Shown here: one piece after another, positions 1 to 13,090 of the stretch | Layout: every line of letters starts with the position of its first letter | Numbering within the stretch: position 1 is the stretch's first letter | NCBI GenBank assembly: GCA_951406725.2 | Contig: OX597828.1 | Coordinates: forward strand, 14,136,001 to 14,200,000 | DNA: 64,000 bases | Source of the DNA: Octopus vulgaris | Lineage: Eukaryota | Direction of reading: 5' to 3' | Position numbers and translations under genes: made by a program | Notes under the pieces: model-generated | The model's input: only the letters and a program-made list of their open reading frames with translations | Told to the model about the DNA's origin: nothing | Database searches by the model: none

Positions 1-408
1 TCAAGTCAATAATGAGCAATACAAAGCTGGCAAGGGTCAGCAAATAACTTGCAAGACAAAGATCCTTTGAGAAGGGAGGGAGTATTGGAGGAGGGGATCC
101 TGTGCCAGATGGTGAAAGGTTAGAGTGTGACAGAGAATCAAAAACAGGTGCCTTGTAGAAATGATACATGGTTACCTGGTCAGAAAAAGAGAGAGAGTGA
201 TCAAGAATGAAGACAGAAACAGGTGTGGTGCTGTGGAGGAGATACATGGTTAACCAGTCAGAGGGAGAGAGCAAGAGAATATATATATGTATATTTATAA
301 ACATACATGTATGCATGTATATATATTTTCTCTTTGTCCATATATGTTCTGTGTGTATAGTAGTTGTAAGATAAAATAATGTAACACTGACTTATTCTGT
401 TTTTTCAG

Positions 409-599
409 ACTGACGTCACAGATGTAAGTCCAAAGACAGAGGAATCGGCAGCAGCGCTTGATGAAGAGTATGTTAACCCTGACGGTGATGTAGAGGCAGC
501 TGAAAATACCATCCAGAGAAAATCGCTGACAGAGAAAGATGTTGGCATCACAGAATATATTGGAAAACACGAAGGATTCCATGCCATTTTTAAACAGAG
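409..599 (+). CDS. PUS7: PUS7 coding exon A (first in window; start codon is upstream)
   Basis: TTTTTCAG acceptor; reads TDVTDVSPK...SLTEKDVGITEYIGKHEGFHAIFKQ(R), matching the PUS7 N-terminal motif LTExDVGITxF...GFxGILKxR; AG|GT donor, phase 2. Confidence 0.93.
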
Positions 600-1006
600 G
601 TGAACTACTGGACTCCATTTGGAAAGACTTCTGCCCATTCCCCCATTTTCTCCCAAATTTGTTCATTTAAAAAATTTTTTTTTTGCCAAAAATCCCTGTT
701 TTCAGATACAGAGGTTCCAGAAAATTGCCAAAAATTGGCATTGTGAAAAATTCCCTCCCATCCTTTCCACCCCCAACTTCTTCAATTTTGACTTTCTTCC
801 GCACACTAATCCTAAAACCCTAACCCTAACCATAACCATAACCCTAAAACCTTAACTGTAAGTACAGAAATGCTTTGAAATTTTTGTCCGAATCCTGATG
901 TCCATATTTTTCCGTAACTGCTAAGTTACAGGGACGTAAACACACCAGCATCGGTTGTCAAGCGATGTTGGTGGTACAAACACAGACACACAAACATACA
1001 CACACA

Positions 1007-1048
<42 letters not shown>

Positions 1049-1255
1049 TATATACGACGGGCTTCTTTCAGTTTCCGTCTACCAAATCCTCTCACAAGGC
1101 TTTTGTTGGTTTTATGGCCCAAGGCTATAGTAGAAGACACTTGCCCAAGGTGCCACGCAGTGGGACTGAACCCGGAACCATGTGGTTGGTAAGCAAGCTA
1201 CTTACCACACAACCACTGCGAGTTTTTTTTTTAACATTATCATTGCTTAGATAAT

Positions 1256-1514
1256 CAGTGTTTCTCAACCATTTCTTTACCTATGGACCTCTTCAATTCC
1301 TATTTTACTCAACGGGTGGGACCCTCCTAGCCATTCAACGTCTAAAAACTCCCTATTCTAATTTTATGATTAAATATTATTAGGAATTGTATTTTAAAAA
1401 AAAAATGTTTTGTGTTTTGTAGAAGTAAAACCTTTGTTTATTGCAGATAAATTTTAACAACAAAATCTTACGTGGACCCCCAAGGGCCATTTGAACCCCA
1501 GTTGAGAACCACTG
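1256..1514. mobile_element. hAT/Charlie-type MITE
   Basis: Termini CAGTGTTTCTCAACC ... GTTGAGAACCACTG; related partial copy at about 46235-46400; TSD not recognisable. Confidence 0.65.
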
Positions 1515-2159
1515 GCAAAGATTATGTGTAGTAGTAGTAGTAGTAGTAGTAGTAGTCATTGTAGTAGTGGTTGTGATAGTAGTAGTAGTAATCATTGTAG
1601 TAGTGGTTGTGGTAGTAGTAGTAGTCATTGTAGTAGTAGTAGTAGTAGTAGTAGTAAGCCTTCCAACGTAATCAGTGTCCTAACTAAATGTTCCCTAAGC
1701 AAAATTATTGGCCCTTTCTCCCTTAAAATCGTGCCCTACTCTCCTAAAAACAGAAGGCTACATTTAATAATTTAATCCTGGATATGCATTTTTTTGATAA
1801 AAGGTACGACGGGATAGCTATGGCTTGAATGCTATAGATTGTCAGTCCACTGGATCTGACTTGAGGTGACCTGGGGCTAAAGAACAACAGCTACAGTGGC
1901 TTTTATTTATTTATTTTTTGAGAAAGCACAAAGGCCTTATAATTGAAAAGTACTAGAAATGGGATGCTGTGATGTTCATGCACTTTTTTTTAGTCATGAA
2001 TGACATTGGAAAAGGAAATTACTTGCAACTTGAAATTCAAATCATATCACAGCATCTTATACCTTGTGACCTATGCCAGGGGTGTAACCAGCCCACTTAT
2101 GCATGCCTTTCCTTCATTGGACACTAAACTCTGCTTGCGAAGACCTATTGAGGCAAGTG

Positions 2160-2622
2160 AAATCGAAATCGAAATCAAATTCGATGACTGGCATCCGTGC
2201 TAGTGGAGCGCTAAGAGTACCATCTGAGTGAGATCGTTGCCAGAGCAACAAGCTGGCCCCAGTGTTGATGGCACGTTAAAAACACCATTCGAGCGTGATC
2301 GTTACCTGCATCACCTTACTAGCACTTGTGCTGGTAGCACGGGAAAAAACATTCAAGTGAGGTTGTTGCCCGTGCAGGTGGCACATAAAAAGCACCATTT
2401 GAGCATGGCCGTTGCCAGTACTGCCTGACTGGCCCTCGTGCCGGTGGCACGTAAAAGCACCCACTGCACTCTCGGAGTGGTTGGCATTAGGAAGGGCATC
2501 CAGCTGTAGAAATTCTGCCAGATCAAGATTGGAGTCTGGTGCACCAGCTGGTTTGCCAGTCCTCAGTCAAATCGTCTGACCCATGCTAGCATGGAAAATG
2601 GACGTTAAACGATGATGATGAT
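2160..2622 (+). mobile_element. Non-autonomous retroposon with RTE-like tail (family C)
   Basis: Ends GGAAGGGCATCCAGCTGTAGAAA...GGACGTTAAAC(GAT)n, with internal tandem GGTGGCAC..AAAAGCACC units. Other copies at about 13295-13805(-), 27920-28385(+), 33001-33340(-), 43083-43280(-), 46830-47095(+), 49326-49650(-), 51308-51550(-), 57413-57620(-). Confidence 0.8.
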
Positions 2623-3293
2623 GAACTGACCAAGAGCTTATACCTTGCTTAATTCAGAGTATTGACTGACCAGCAGCTTACCCTTTGCTCTGTTCACATG
2701 TTCACAGCATCAGCTGACCAAGAACTCATCCCTTGCTCTATTTGCAGTATTGACTGGGTTCTACTCTACCCATTAAGTCTCTCTTTACTCTTTACCTGTT
2801 TTAGTCATCCGACTGTAACTATGCTGGAGCACCACCTCCAGTTGAGCAAATCGACCCCAGGACTTATTCTTTGTAAGCCTAGTACTTATTCTATCGGTCA
2901 CACCAGCATCGGTTGTCAAGCGATGTTGGGGGGACAAACACAGACACATAGACACACACACACACACACACACATATATACAATGGGCTTCTTTCAGTTT
3001 CCGTCTACCAAATCCACTCACAAGGCTTTGGTCGGCCCGAAGCTATAGTAGAAGACACTTGTCCAAGGTGTCATGCATGTGGTTGGTAAGCAAGCTACTT
3101 ACCACACAGCCACTCCTGCGTCTATTCACAATATTGACTGACCAGCAACTTGCCTCTTGTCGTGGCTGGAATACCTGTGACCATGGGTTTGCTCAACTGG
3201 AGCTGATCTGAGAACTAAACAAGAACAACAACAATATCTAATTAAATCCAATGATTAAAATTTTAACTTCAAATTTCTATTTCTGGTCCACAG

Positions 3294-3381
3294 ATTTTCT
3301 GATTTTATTGTAAATGAAATTGATATGAAAGGAGAGATTGTCAAGTTAACAGATATCTCAAAACCAAAAACCCCAACAAAA
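3294..3381 (+). CDS. PUS7: PUS7 exon B
   Basis: CAG acceptor; (R)FSDFIVNEIDMKGEIVKLTDISKPKTPTK contains TruD motif I (DFxVxEI); GTATGT donor; phase fits exon A. Confidence 0.95.
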
Positions 3382-3879
3382 GTATGTATTTAATATCTTT
3401 TCTATTTTTATCATTCAATGAGGGAGGGGTGGGGCTTTTTTCTTTTTTCTGTCTTTCTTTTTTTTTTGCTTTTTGATATGAAGTGGTTGTCTTGGTTTGG
3501 GTCTTGCTTTTATCTGCTAGCATTTTAGACACAGTTGTGGCCGTGTGGTTAAGAAGTTTGCTTCCCAACCACATGAGTTTAGGTTCTGTCCCCTGTGTGG
3601 CCCCTTGAGCAAGTGTCTGCTAGTATAGCCTTGGACTGACAAAGCACTGTGGGTGGATTTAGTAGGCAATTATTGAAAGAAGCCCCCTTTCCCCATCATG
3701 CATGTATATATATATATATATATACCAAATATATATGTTTTTTTTATTATTATTTTGCAATTTGCTTAATCATCGTATATTATTGTTATTTTAATTTTAA
3801 TATTTCTATTATATGTAATTTTCTAGATGGTGTAATTTTATTGTTCATTTTGAATTGATAAAAGGTGTTTTTTTTTCTA

Positions 3880-3914
<35 letters not shown>

Positions 3915-4599
3915 TTTGTGAAATTTGATTTAGTATTTCTAAACTGAATTTTTCCCTGTAAGTTAGGAATAATATTCCCTCAAATTATTATTATATATGT
4001 GTGTGTCTGTGTGTGTGTGTGTGTGTTTGTGTGCGTGCATGTGTATATTATCTTGTATCTTTTACTTCTTTCATTCGTTTGACTACAGCCATGCTGGAGC
4101 ACTGACTTGAAGAATGTTAAATCAAATGAATCAACCCCAGTACTTTTTTTTTTAAGCCTGCTACTTATTTTGTCAGTCTCTTATGCTGAACTGCTGAGTT
4201 ACAGGGACATAAACACACCAACACCAGTTGTCAAGCAGTGGGTGAGTGGACAAACTCTGACACAAAGACACAATGCGGATTGCAGGACTCACTGAACATC
4301 TCAAACGCACATTGCAGGCTTGGGGATCCCATCATCTTAGGGACCCTCCGGTCAAGAGGCAGGAAATGATAAAAGAGGTGCATAGCTTAGTAGTTAGGGT
4401 GTTGGACTCATGATCATAAGATTGTGGTTTCAATTCCTGGACTGGGCAATACATTGTGTTCTTGAGCAAAGCACTTCATTTCACGTTGCTTCAGCCCACT
4501 CAGCTGGTAAAAATGAGTGACCCTGCGACGGACAAGTGTCCTGTGCATAGGGGAAATATATGTGCCATGCAAACTGGAAAATCAGCCCTATGACTCAGA

Positions 4600-5000
4600 A
4601 GGATCTATCTGGAATGGTGCTGCTTTTGCTGCTCGTAAATGCATCCTGGATTTTATCCAAAGACAGGCCATTCGACTGATTGGCATAAAATCACAAACAG
4701 ACATACTCCAGCCTCTGGTTCATAGACATGCTGTGTCCCCTCTCTCTGCCTTTTCTATCACAACTGTAATAGTCTCTGTTACTTGAAGGTGGAAGGTCTT
4801 GAGTCACCTCTACTAAGGCACTTCTGGCTCATTCATCTCTCCTCTCCCTGCCACCAAACCTTGCATTAATCTCTATACCCAGTCATGCTTTCTCAAGAAC
4901 ATGAGCTTCTCAGGAACTCCTTCCCTGTTCATGTTTTTCTTGAAGATGCTGACTTGCAACAAGCTTAAGCAGAATGTTAACAACATTAATTTCACCAGCC
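4600..5000 (+). mobile_element. Decayed LINE (CR1/Jockey-group) ORF2 C-terminal fragment
   Basis: IWNGAA...ILDFIQRQAIRLIG...LQPLVHRHAVS resembles the RT thumb region WxGA..LDRVQRRAxRLI...LQPLxHRR. Confidence 0.6.
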
Positions 5001-5205
5001 TTGGCAGGATGTGAAGGCTGTAATTATTGCCCCATCCTCTAGATCCAGCAAGTAAAAAAGAAAAACAATCATGTTACTTAGATAAGCCAAATTTAAAAGG
5101 AAGTAAAATTTTTTATATATTTGATTGTATCATCATCATCATCGTCATCGATTATGACAATTCCATATTCTCTACAACCCTTTTTTTTTTGTTTCCATTT
5201 GAAAG

Positions 5206-5304
5206 GTTCTTGTTGATGTTGGTGATTGTCTTTCTGCTGAAAATATTGAGAAGCTAAATGAGATCTCAACAAAACGGGATAAAAATTCTTCAGTTATTCT
5301 TGAG
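5206..5304 (+). CDS. PUS7: PUS7 exon C
   Basis: Poly-T tract plus AAG acceptor; VLVDVGDCLSAENIEKLNEISTKRDKNSSVILE; GAG|GTAAAT donor; 99 nt, phase 0/0. Confidence 0.85.
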
Positions 5305-6198
5305 GTAAATGTTTGTTTTTCATCTTCAGCCTCAAAGGCTGATTGTATGCTCTCTCTCTCTCTCTCACCTAAGAAAATTTTTTTCTTTTTGTATTTGCTT
5401 TCTAATATTCCTGATATGAAATCATGTGTTGAAACAGAAATTGCTGAACTTAGTCATGTCACCAATCAAAGCACACACACTGATTGTATTTCACTTCAGT
5501 TTTATTAGCCAATTAATTAATTGATTGATTAACTAGTTGGTTAGCATTTTTCACTATAGCCTCTGTCCCTATCGACAATTCTCCTTCTACACATTCTCTG
5601 CACTGTCACAACACAATCTTTGTTCTTTGCTTAAAACTTAGCATTTTTCCAGTTGAATTTTATTATTTTTCTCTGCTTATTTTAGATATACTATACAGAG
5701 AAAAAAAAGCCTTCAGTTAAGTCATTGTGATAGAACATTGATAAAGAACATTATTTAGTTCCATAAGCTCTTCACCTCCCTATGGAGCTTAGGCCATTGA
5801 CAACTTTTCTCTGCTGTTCTCAACTCTGCGCCTGGAGGGAAGGCCTTCCTCTCCCAGGTCTTGTTGGTTTTGAATCATCATCGATGCTTCTCTAGGGATG
5901 TATTGGTCTTATGCGAACCCATTTTTACTTCTGGGAAGACGTGGTCCATAATTAGTTTGGCCTCTATCCTTTGACCTGCCCAGTATGAGAGGCCCTGCCA
6001 GGAGTTTGTGCTCTGTTGACATAGTTCTCAGGGTCATTGAGTCATACAAGCCACCACATTACAATAAGGGCTGGAACTTGTGGTGGAATATATGGAACTT
6101 ACCAGCACATTAATTAAAATGACTTCAACTGACTATAATTTATTATTATTATCATTATTATTATTTACTTTTAATTAGAAATCTATTTGTGATTGTAG

Positions 6199-6328
6199 GC
6201 TGGAGATGACAAAGCTGAGCGAACTAAGATGCATCAAGCTATCCGTGATGGTTTTATTGGCTTAGAAAGTACTACAGAAGTGATTAACAACAAAAAAGTC
6301 ATCAAAGTGGTTCTGCAGGGCTCAAAAG
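6199..6328 (+). CDS. PUS7: PUS7 exon D (R3H-like insertion domain)
   Basis: AGDDKAERTKMHQAIRDGFIGLESTTEVINNKKVIKVVLQGSK resembles PUS7 DxKExRTxxHQAI; G|GTAAAC donor. Confidence 0.92.
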
Positions 6329-6676
6329 GTAAACCCACATATCTTTACTGATATCATAATATACATAGGTGCAGGTGTGGCTGTGTGGTAAGTAGCTTGC
6401 TTCCCAGCCACAAGGTTCCAGGTTTGGTCCCACTGTGTGGCACCTTGGGCAAGTGTCTTCTGCTATAGCCTCGGGCCGACCAAAGCCTTTTGAGCGGATT
6501 TGGTTGACAGAAATTAAAAGAAGCCATCATATATAGATAGCTGACAACTGATGAAGGGTCATTCTCTGTGTTTACTTGTCCTGTTTTCCTTTTTTTTTTT
6601 CTCTCATTCTTTGCGTATTTAACTTGTTTGTTTTTGTATTTCATGTTGTTTACACAGTTGGTGACGTCCAGTACCC

Positions 6677-6707
<31 letters not shown>

Positions 6708-7289
6708 GGCGCAGGCATGGCTGTGAGGTAAGAAGCTTGCTTCCCAACCACATGGTTCCAGGTTCAGTCCCACTGTATGGTGGACCGACCAAAGCCTTGT
6801 AAGTGCATTTGGTAGATGGAAACTGAAAGAAGCCATCGTATATGTGTATGTGTGTGTGTATAAATCTATGCGTGTGTGTGTCTTTGTGTCTGTTTGCCCC
6901 ACCACCACCACCACCACTGCTTGACAACCATGCTGGCATGTGTTGGATGGTTTGACTGGGCTGGCACGCTGGAAGGCTGCGCCAGGCTCTGGTCTGATTT
7001 GGCATGCTGTTCCTTATGCCAACCACTCCAAGAGTGTAATAGGTGCTTTTACAGGCTACCGGCACAGGTGCCATTTGCGTGACACCGGTATCTGCCATCA
7101 ATGTGATTTTGCTTGGCTTCATGGGTCTTCTTCTCAAGCACAACATAATGCCAAAGGTCTTGGTCATTGACTCGATGAGGCCTAACACTTGAATGGAACT
7201 CAGCCACTTCACCTCCATGACACCCAACACTAAATATATATATATATATACAGACATACATACACATATATATATATATATGTATTGGG

Positions 7290-7625
7290 AGGGACCCCCT
7301 TTGGTCACAACACTGACCATGGGATTGCACCTAGAAAGTTACCCTCCTAGTCACAAGTCTGGGCAAGGTGGTTTATGGAAGACCAGCAGTCGCCCATGCA
7401 TACCAGCCTCCCCTCTCCACGCCACCAGTGTTATCCTAGGGAAAGGCAAAGGCCGATACAGCCTGGCACCCGTGATGTCACAACTCGTTTCTACAGCTGA
7501 GTGAACTGGAGCAACGTGAAATAAAATGTCTTGCTCAAGAACACAACATGCAGCCTGGTCTGGGATTCGAGCTCACAACCTCACGATCGTAAGCTCGACA
7601 CTCTAATCACTGAGCCATGTGCCTT

Positions 7626-7628
<3 letters not shown>
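7290..7628 (-). mobile_element. tRNA-derived SINE (family D)
   Basis: Minus-strand head GGCACATGGCTCAGTGATTAGAGTG...GCTCGAATCCC followed by GTGTTCTTGAGCAAGACA. Other copies at about 4375-4590(+), 23183-23500(+), 29060-29370(-), 61915-62045(-). Confidence 0.75.
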
Positions 7629-7687
<59 letters not shown>

Positions 7688-7977
7688 TATGACAGGCTTC
7701 TTTCAGTTTCTGTCTACCAAATCCAGCCACAATGCCTTTGGTTGGCCTGAGGCAATAGAAGATACTTGCCCAAGGTGCCATGCAGTGAGATTGAACCTAG
7801 AACCAGGTAGTTGGAAAGCAAGCTTCTTACTGCAAAGTCGTTCCTGCACCTATATATATATTTACCGATTTTTACCAATTTGCTACTTGCCATTGACGAC
7901 AGGTGAGGTTTTAGTATTTTCTTTTTCAACCAATTAATATCTTCTGGGGTTTTTTTTTTCATACCTTTACTTTTCAG

Positions 7978-8092
7978 GTCGTAATGCCCGTGGTTCTTGG
8001 CCCCAGAAGAGAGGAAACTATTGTAAGTTTGTACTTTATAAGGAGAACAAAGACACTATGGATGCCATCAACTTTATTGCAAATAAACTCAG
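7978..8092 (+). CDS. PUS7: PUS7 exon E
   Basis: (G)[37 protein letters not shown](R); [15 protein letters not shown] is a strongly conserved PUS7 motif; canonical splice sites. Confidence 0.97.
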
Positions 8093-8957
8093 GTAAAGTA
8101 CCCTGTTATTTAGTATTTCAAGATGGTGGTGGTGGTGGTAGTAGTAGTGGTAGTGTTGGTGGTGGTGCTGCTGCTGATGTTGGTGGTAGTTGTGGTGGTG
8201 GCGGCAACAGTTGTCTCACTAGTTATAATAGTAGTAGTAATTTTGGTGGTGGTGATAGCAGTAACAGTTGTAACAGTAGTAGCAGTAATAGTTGTTTTGG
8301 TAGTGAACATGTTATGGTAGTTTCGGTGGTGGTAGTGGTGGTTGATTTTGAACAGAATTGAAATGGTATTGTACACCTAACTTGTAAGGTCCTTCGGGAT
8401 GAATGGCTAAATAGCTATGGTAGATTAAAGGTTCTGGGTTCATTCCCACTGCGTGGCACCTTGGGCAAAGTGTCTTCTACTATAGCCTCGGGCCGACCAA
8501 AGCCTTGTGAGTGGATATGGTAGACGGAAACTGAAAGAAGCCCGTCGTATATATGTATATATGTGTGTGTGTGTGTATGTTTGTGTGTCTGTGTTTGTCC
8601 CCCCCAACATCGCTTGACAACCGATGCTGGTGTGTTTACGTCCTCGTAACATAGCGGTTCGGCAAAAGAGACCAATAGAATAAGTACTAGGCTTACAAAG
8701 AATAAGTCCTGGGGTCGAGTTGCTCGACTAAAGGCGGTGCTCCAGCATGGCCACAGTCAAATGACTGAAGCAAGTAAAAGAGAATAACTATTTAGGTTTT
8801 AGGTTCAAACCCAGGGCAAGCATTTAGCTGTGTTTTTGGAACAGTACCCATCATGCCATTTCTCATATTTTTAGTACATCAGGATGCCAAATGTTGGTCC
8901 GTTTGGCATCAAGATGTATCAACATATACTTTTCATTGGTAGGTGTATCAATTCATA

Positions 8958-9354
8958 TCTTTATATATAAAAGTGAGGTTGTGTGTCTGTCTCCTACGAT
9001 TTAGATTCCTAACTACTCCCACATTTTGCGGTGCAGTTTAACCAAAACCGGGTATCTTATAGTCATGATTCATATCGAGCCCTTCTGGGTATTAGCGCGC
9101 GTCTACGATGAGCTTACGATTTTAAAAAAATTTACCATCATTTTTTTCCGTTTTAATGCATTTTTTCGCTATTACATAAGGGAAGTAACTCTCTAAAAAT
9201 GTCTACGATGAGTCAACGATTTAAAAAAAAATTTACCATAATTTTTTTTCCATTTTTAATGCATTTTTTTGCTATTTTTTTGCTATAACTCTCTAAAAAT
9301 GCTTATATAGTTATTTCCCTTACAAACCCGAGCAACGCTGGGCGATACTGCTAG
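8958..9354 (+). mobile_element. Non-autonomous Helitron
   Basis: Starts A|TCTTTATATATAAAA, ends CTAG|T, with subterminal hairpin CCCGAGCAACGCTGGG, no TSD and an internal ~100-bp duplication. Confidence 0.75.
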
Positions 9355-9386
9355 TCTAGTATATTTCACATGTTTTACCATTTCAG

Positions 9387-9464
9387 AATAAAACCTGGAC
9401 AGTTCCAATATTCAGGTACAAAAGACAGACGAGCCAAAACCTCTCAGTTAATAACTGTATTCAG
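9387..9464 (+). CDS. PUS7: PUS7 exon F, catalytic Asp (GTKD, codon 9424-9426)
   Basis: (R)IKPGQFQYSGTKDRRAKTSQLITVF(R) is TruD motif II (GxKDxxAxTxQ); TTTCAG acceptor, AG|GTAAC donor. Confidence 0.97.
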
Positions 9465-10109
9465 GTAACATATTTCTTCTTAACTTTCTCTCATCATCAC
9501 TTATCATCATCATCATCATCATCATCATTTAGCATCCATTTTCCATGCTGGCATCGGTTGGATGGCTTGACAGGAGGTGGCACGGCCAGGGGCCACCCCT
9601 AATTCCATTGTCTGTTTTGGTTTGATTTCTACAGTTTGGTGCCCTTCTTGATGCCAACCACTCTATAGAGTGTACAGGATACTTTGTACATGGCACCATC
9701 ACCAGTGCCTTTTATGTGCCACCAGCACTGGTGCTTTTTACACGGCACCAGACTGGGTTTGATATTTTCAACTGGAGTAAAAATCATCTACGTTGTCCAA
9801 TTGTAGAAGACTTGTACCATTCTCATCGTCCTTTCCGTCAATCCTTGTGGATAATAAAGAAATTATTACTGAGCTGACAGAAACATTAGCACACAAGGTG
9901 AAACGCTTAGCAATATTTCGTCTGTCTTTACGTTCTGAGTTCAAATTTTGCTGAGGTCAACTTTGCCTTTCATCCTTTCAAGGTTGATAAATTAAGTACC
10001 AGTTGCATACTAGGGTCGACCTAATCGACTGGGCCCCCTTCCGCAAAAATTTCAGGCCTTGTGCCTAAATTAGAAAAGTTTTTAATTATTATTATTATTA
10101 TTATTATTA

Positions 10110-10140
<31 letters not shown>

Positions 10141-10648
10141 TAGTCTTATTTTCACTGCACTACTGAGTGCAGCTCTGTGGGCCTTGGGTATGTGCTGTGG
10201 TTTGTTTTGGTGCTGTTGTTTTCACTGTATTGAAAGTGCTTTATGTAGGGTGTGTACGGTGCTTAGTAGTGCTATTTTCTATATGTTATATATATATTTG
10301 TAAGCCCTGGTGTTTTGGTTATATATTCATTTGAATGCTTTTTAATCATACCTAATGCAACTATAAGGATTGTTTCTGTTTTTAGGCTCTACATTTGGGT
10401 TATCTCTATTTCCAGATCTTTGTATTTTGAGAGTTTGTCCATTTCTTTTAGAGATACATTCTCATCTTTTAGGATTGATACAGTGATTAAAAGGCATTTT
10501 TTTCTTGGTGATTTCTGACAACTATATCCAATCTGTTAACCTTGATTTCTCTATGTGTATTGGCATATCCCAGAGTATGTTTGCTTTGTCATTTTCTGAG
10601 ACTTTTTCTTGGGTGTGCCTGTACCATCTTTTTTTCTGTTGGCATTTA

Positions 10649-10687
<39 letters not shown>

Positions 10688-11135
10688 GAAGGCAACAAGC
10701 TGGCAGAATTGTTAGCACACTGGACGAAATACTTAGCAGTATTTTGCCAGTCACTACATTCTGTGTTCAAATTCCACCGAGGTCAACTTTGCCTTTCATT
10801 CTTTCGGGGTCGATAAATTAATTACCAGTGAAACACTGGGGTCAATGTAATTGACTTATCCCCTCACCCAAAATTGTTTCCCTTGTAGCAAAAATTTGAA
10901 ACTGTTATTATTGTTAAGACGGTGAGCTGGTAGAATCATTAGCATACCAGGCCAAATGCTTAGCAGCGTTTCACTCATTGCTATGTTCTGAGTTCAAATT
11001 CCACCGAGGTCAACTTTGCCTTTCATCCTTTCGGGGTCGATAAATTAAGTACCAGTGAAACACTGGGGTTGATGTAATCGGCTAGTCCCCTCCCCACCAA
11101 TTTCAGGCCTTGTGCCTTTAGTAGAAAAGATTATC

Positions 11136-11191
<56 letters not shown>

Positions 11192-11634
11192 AATGCTAAT
11201 TTTATTAGCAGGGATCTTATTCTGAGATTTGATGACATGTCTCTTCAAATCTTTCTATGGATTTTTACAGAATACTGGATGGCACTTTTCTGCAGATTAA
11301 CAATGCATATCATAATACCATATTCTTCAAAGGCAGTGAGCTGGCAGAAGCGTTAACATGCCAGGCGAAATGCGTAGCCGTATTTCGTCTGCCGTTACGT
11401 TCTGGGTTCAAATTCCGCCAAGGTCGACTTTGCCTTTCATCCTTTCGGGGTCGATAAATTAAGTACCTGTTGTGTACTGGGGTCAATCTAATTGACTGGT
11501 CCTCCCCCTCCCCCCAAATTTTTGGGCTTTGTGCCTAGAGTAGAAAAGAATACTAATATTCTTCAACCTCTTAAGTAGTAGTTTATGTGTTGTAAGTCAC
11601 AATCCATTGCTCACGTCTGTCTGTTTGTCTCACT

Positions 11635-11668
<34 letters not shown>

Positions 11669-11760
11669 CTACATGTCTGTCTACCTATTTATTTATGTGT
11701 TTTATTTTTATGTATTTATTCATTCTGCTCTATTTTCAACCTTTTTTTTTATAACTCTAG

Positions 11761-11826
11761 AACTACAGGAGAACGTCTGTTTGAATTAAATAAGGTTTTG
11801 AAAAATATATGCCTTGGTAACTTTAG
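11761..11826 (+). CDS. PUS7: PUS7 exon G
   Basis: TTGERLFELNKVLKNICLGNF(S); TAG acceptor after poly-T tract, AG|GTAAGA donor. Confidence 0.93.
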
Positions 11827-11844
11827 GTAAGACATTATTATTAC

Positions 11845-11886
<42 letters not shown>

Positions 11887-11945
11887 CATGATCATTGTTT
11901 TGTGACTGAGTTATGGTTATCAATTGTCATATCTAATTAGTATTG

Positions 11946-11979
<34 letters not shown>

Positions 11980-11982
<3 letters not shown>

Positions 11983-12859
11983 GGTGCAGTGAATATATTA
12001 TCGCCTAAATTACGCAAAAATGAAAATAACACTGACATCTCATTTTAACAGATATATTTACCAAGTTTACATGAAAATATCTTGAAATACTAAAGAGTAA
12101 ATTTATTCAATAAAATTGCCATTGGCTTCAACCACGGCCTCCAGACGACTTCGGAATCCCCTGCAACTATTCTGGTCTGTCTCCTTGTTTAAGTTGGTGA
12201 ATGCTGCCATAATCCTTGCCTTCAGTTTATTTTCGATGTTACAAGGAGTTTTCTTGGTCTCCCTCTCAACTGCGCCCCACACATAATAATCAAGGAGGTT
12301 GCAGTCTGGGGAGTTAGGTGGCCAGATGTTAGGGGCGATGTGGTTGCAGAAATTGTCTGACAGCTATGACTGGGTTCTCCTTGTGCAGCACAGAGCAGAG
12401 TCCTGTTGCCAGACACAGGGTCTTCTAGCAGACAACCTCTTCACCCAGGACAGCACTACTTCCTCCAGGCACTTGATGTAGACCCCCGTGTTGAGTCTGA
12501 GGCCATGTGGGAAGATGAAAAGAGGCATAACGTCGCCATCACTAGTGATCACTCCAAACACCATGATGTTGACTGGATGTTTGATTTTTATCACTCTCGG
12601 TACATATTTTGGAGACATGGCAAGCCAACGGTTGTCCTGTGTGTTTACCATCTGTTTGTATTGGAGTTTCCAGCACGAATACCAAGCAGTATAACATGTC
12701 ATTTCTAAATTTCTGGCAGAGTGAATTGTGTCATGGTGCTGTTTATCTCACAGACAGTGCTCAACTGCCCCTGCTATACTATGTAGCCAACAAAATCAAA
12801 AATAAACAATGCACAAAATAAAAAATATAAGATGGCGACGATTTACCCATCGCAGCCTG
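11980..12859 (-). mobile_element. Internally deleted Tc1/mariner transposon, maT (DD37D)-like
   Basis: Imperfect TIRs (CAGGGTGCAG.../...CGCAGCCTG) within TA repeats. Remnant reads KHPVNIMVFGVITSDG...WQQDSALCCTRRTQS*LSDNF...WPPNSPDCNLLDYYVWG, with 36 residues between the second and third Asp in this copy. Confidence 0.85.
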
Positions 12860-12865
12860 TATATA

Positions 12866-13090
12866 TATATAGTGATAAGAAAATGGAGGAGATCAATAGG
12901 TGGTTCATCATATTTTAGACATTATATTATGTTAGCTTATTTATTTATTTACTAAACTGATAATTACAATAATATAAATATTATTGTAATTATCAGTTTA
13001 GTAAATAAATAAATAAATAAATTGACATAATATAATGTCTAAAAGTTGATGAACCACCTATTGATCCCCTCCATTTTCTTATTCCTATAT
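12866..13090. repeat. Long palindrome (about 110-bp arms, 2-nt loop at 12976-12977)
   Basis: AAGAAAATGGAGG...TAATTACAATAATAT AA ATATTATTGTAATTA...CCTCCATTTTCTT; one arm recurs at about 50500-50600. Confidence 0.9.

Noticed and set aside
805-855. CCCTAA-like repeats as a telomere or chromosome fusion site
   Set aside because: Short, degenerate and intronic; similar tracts are carried inside MITEs in this window
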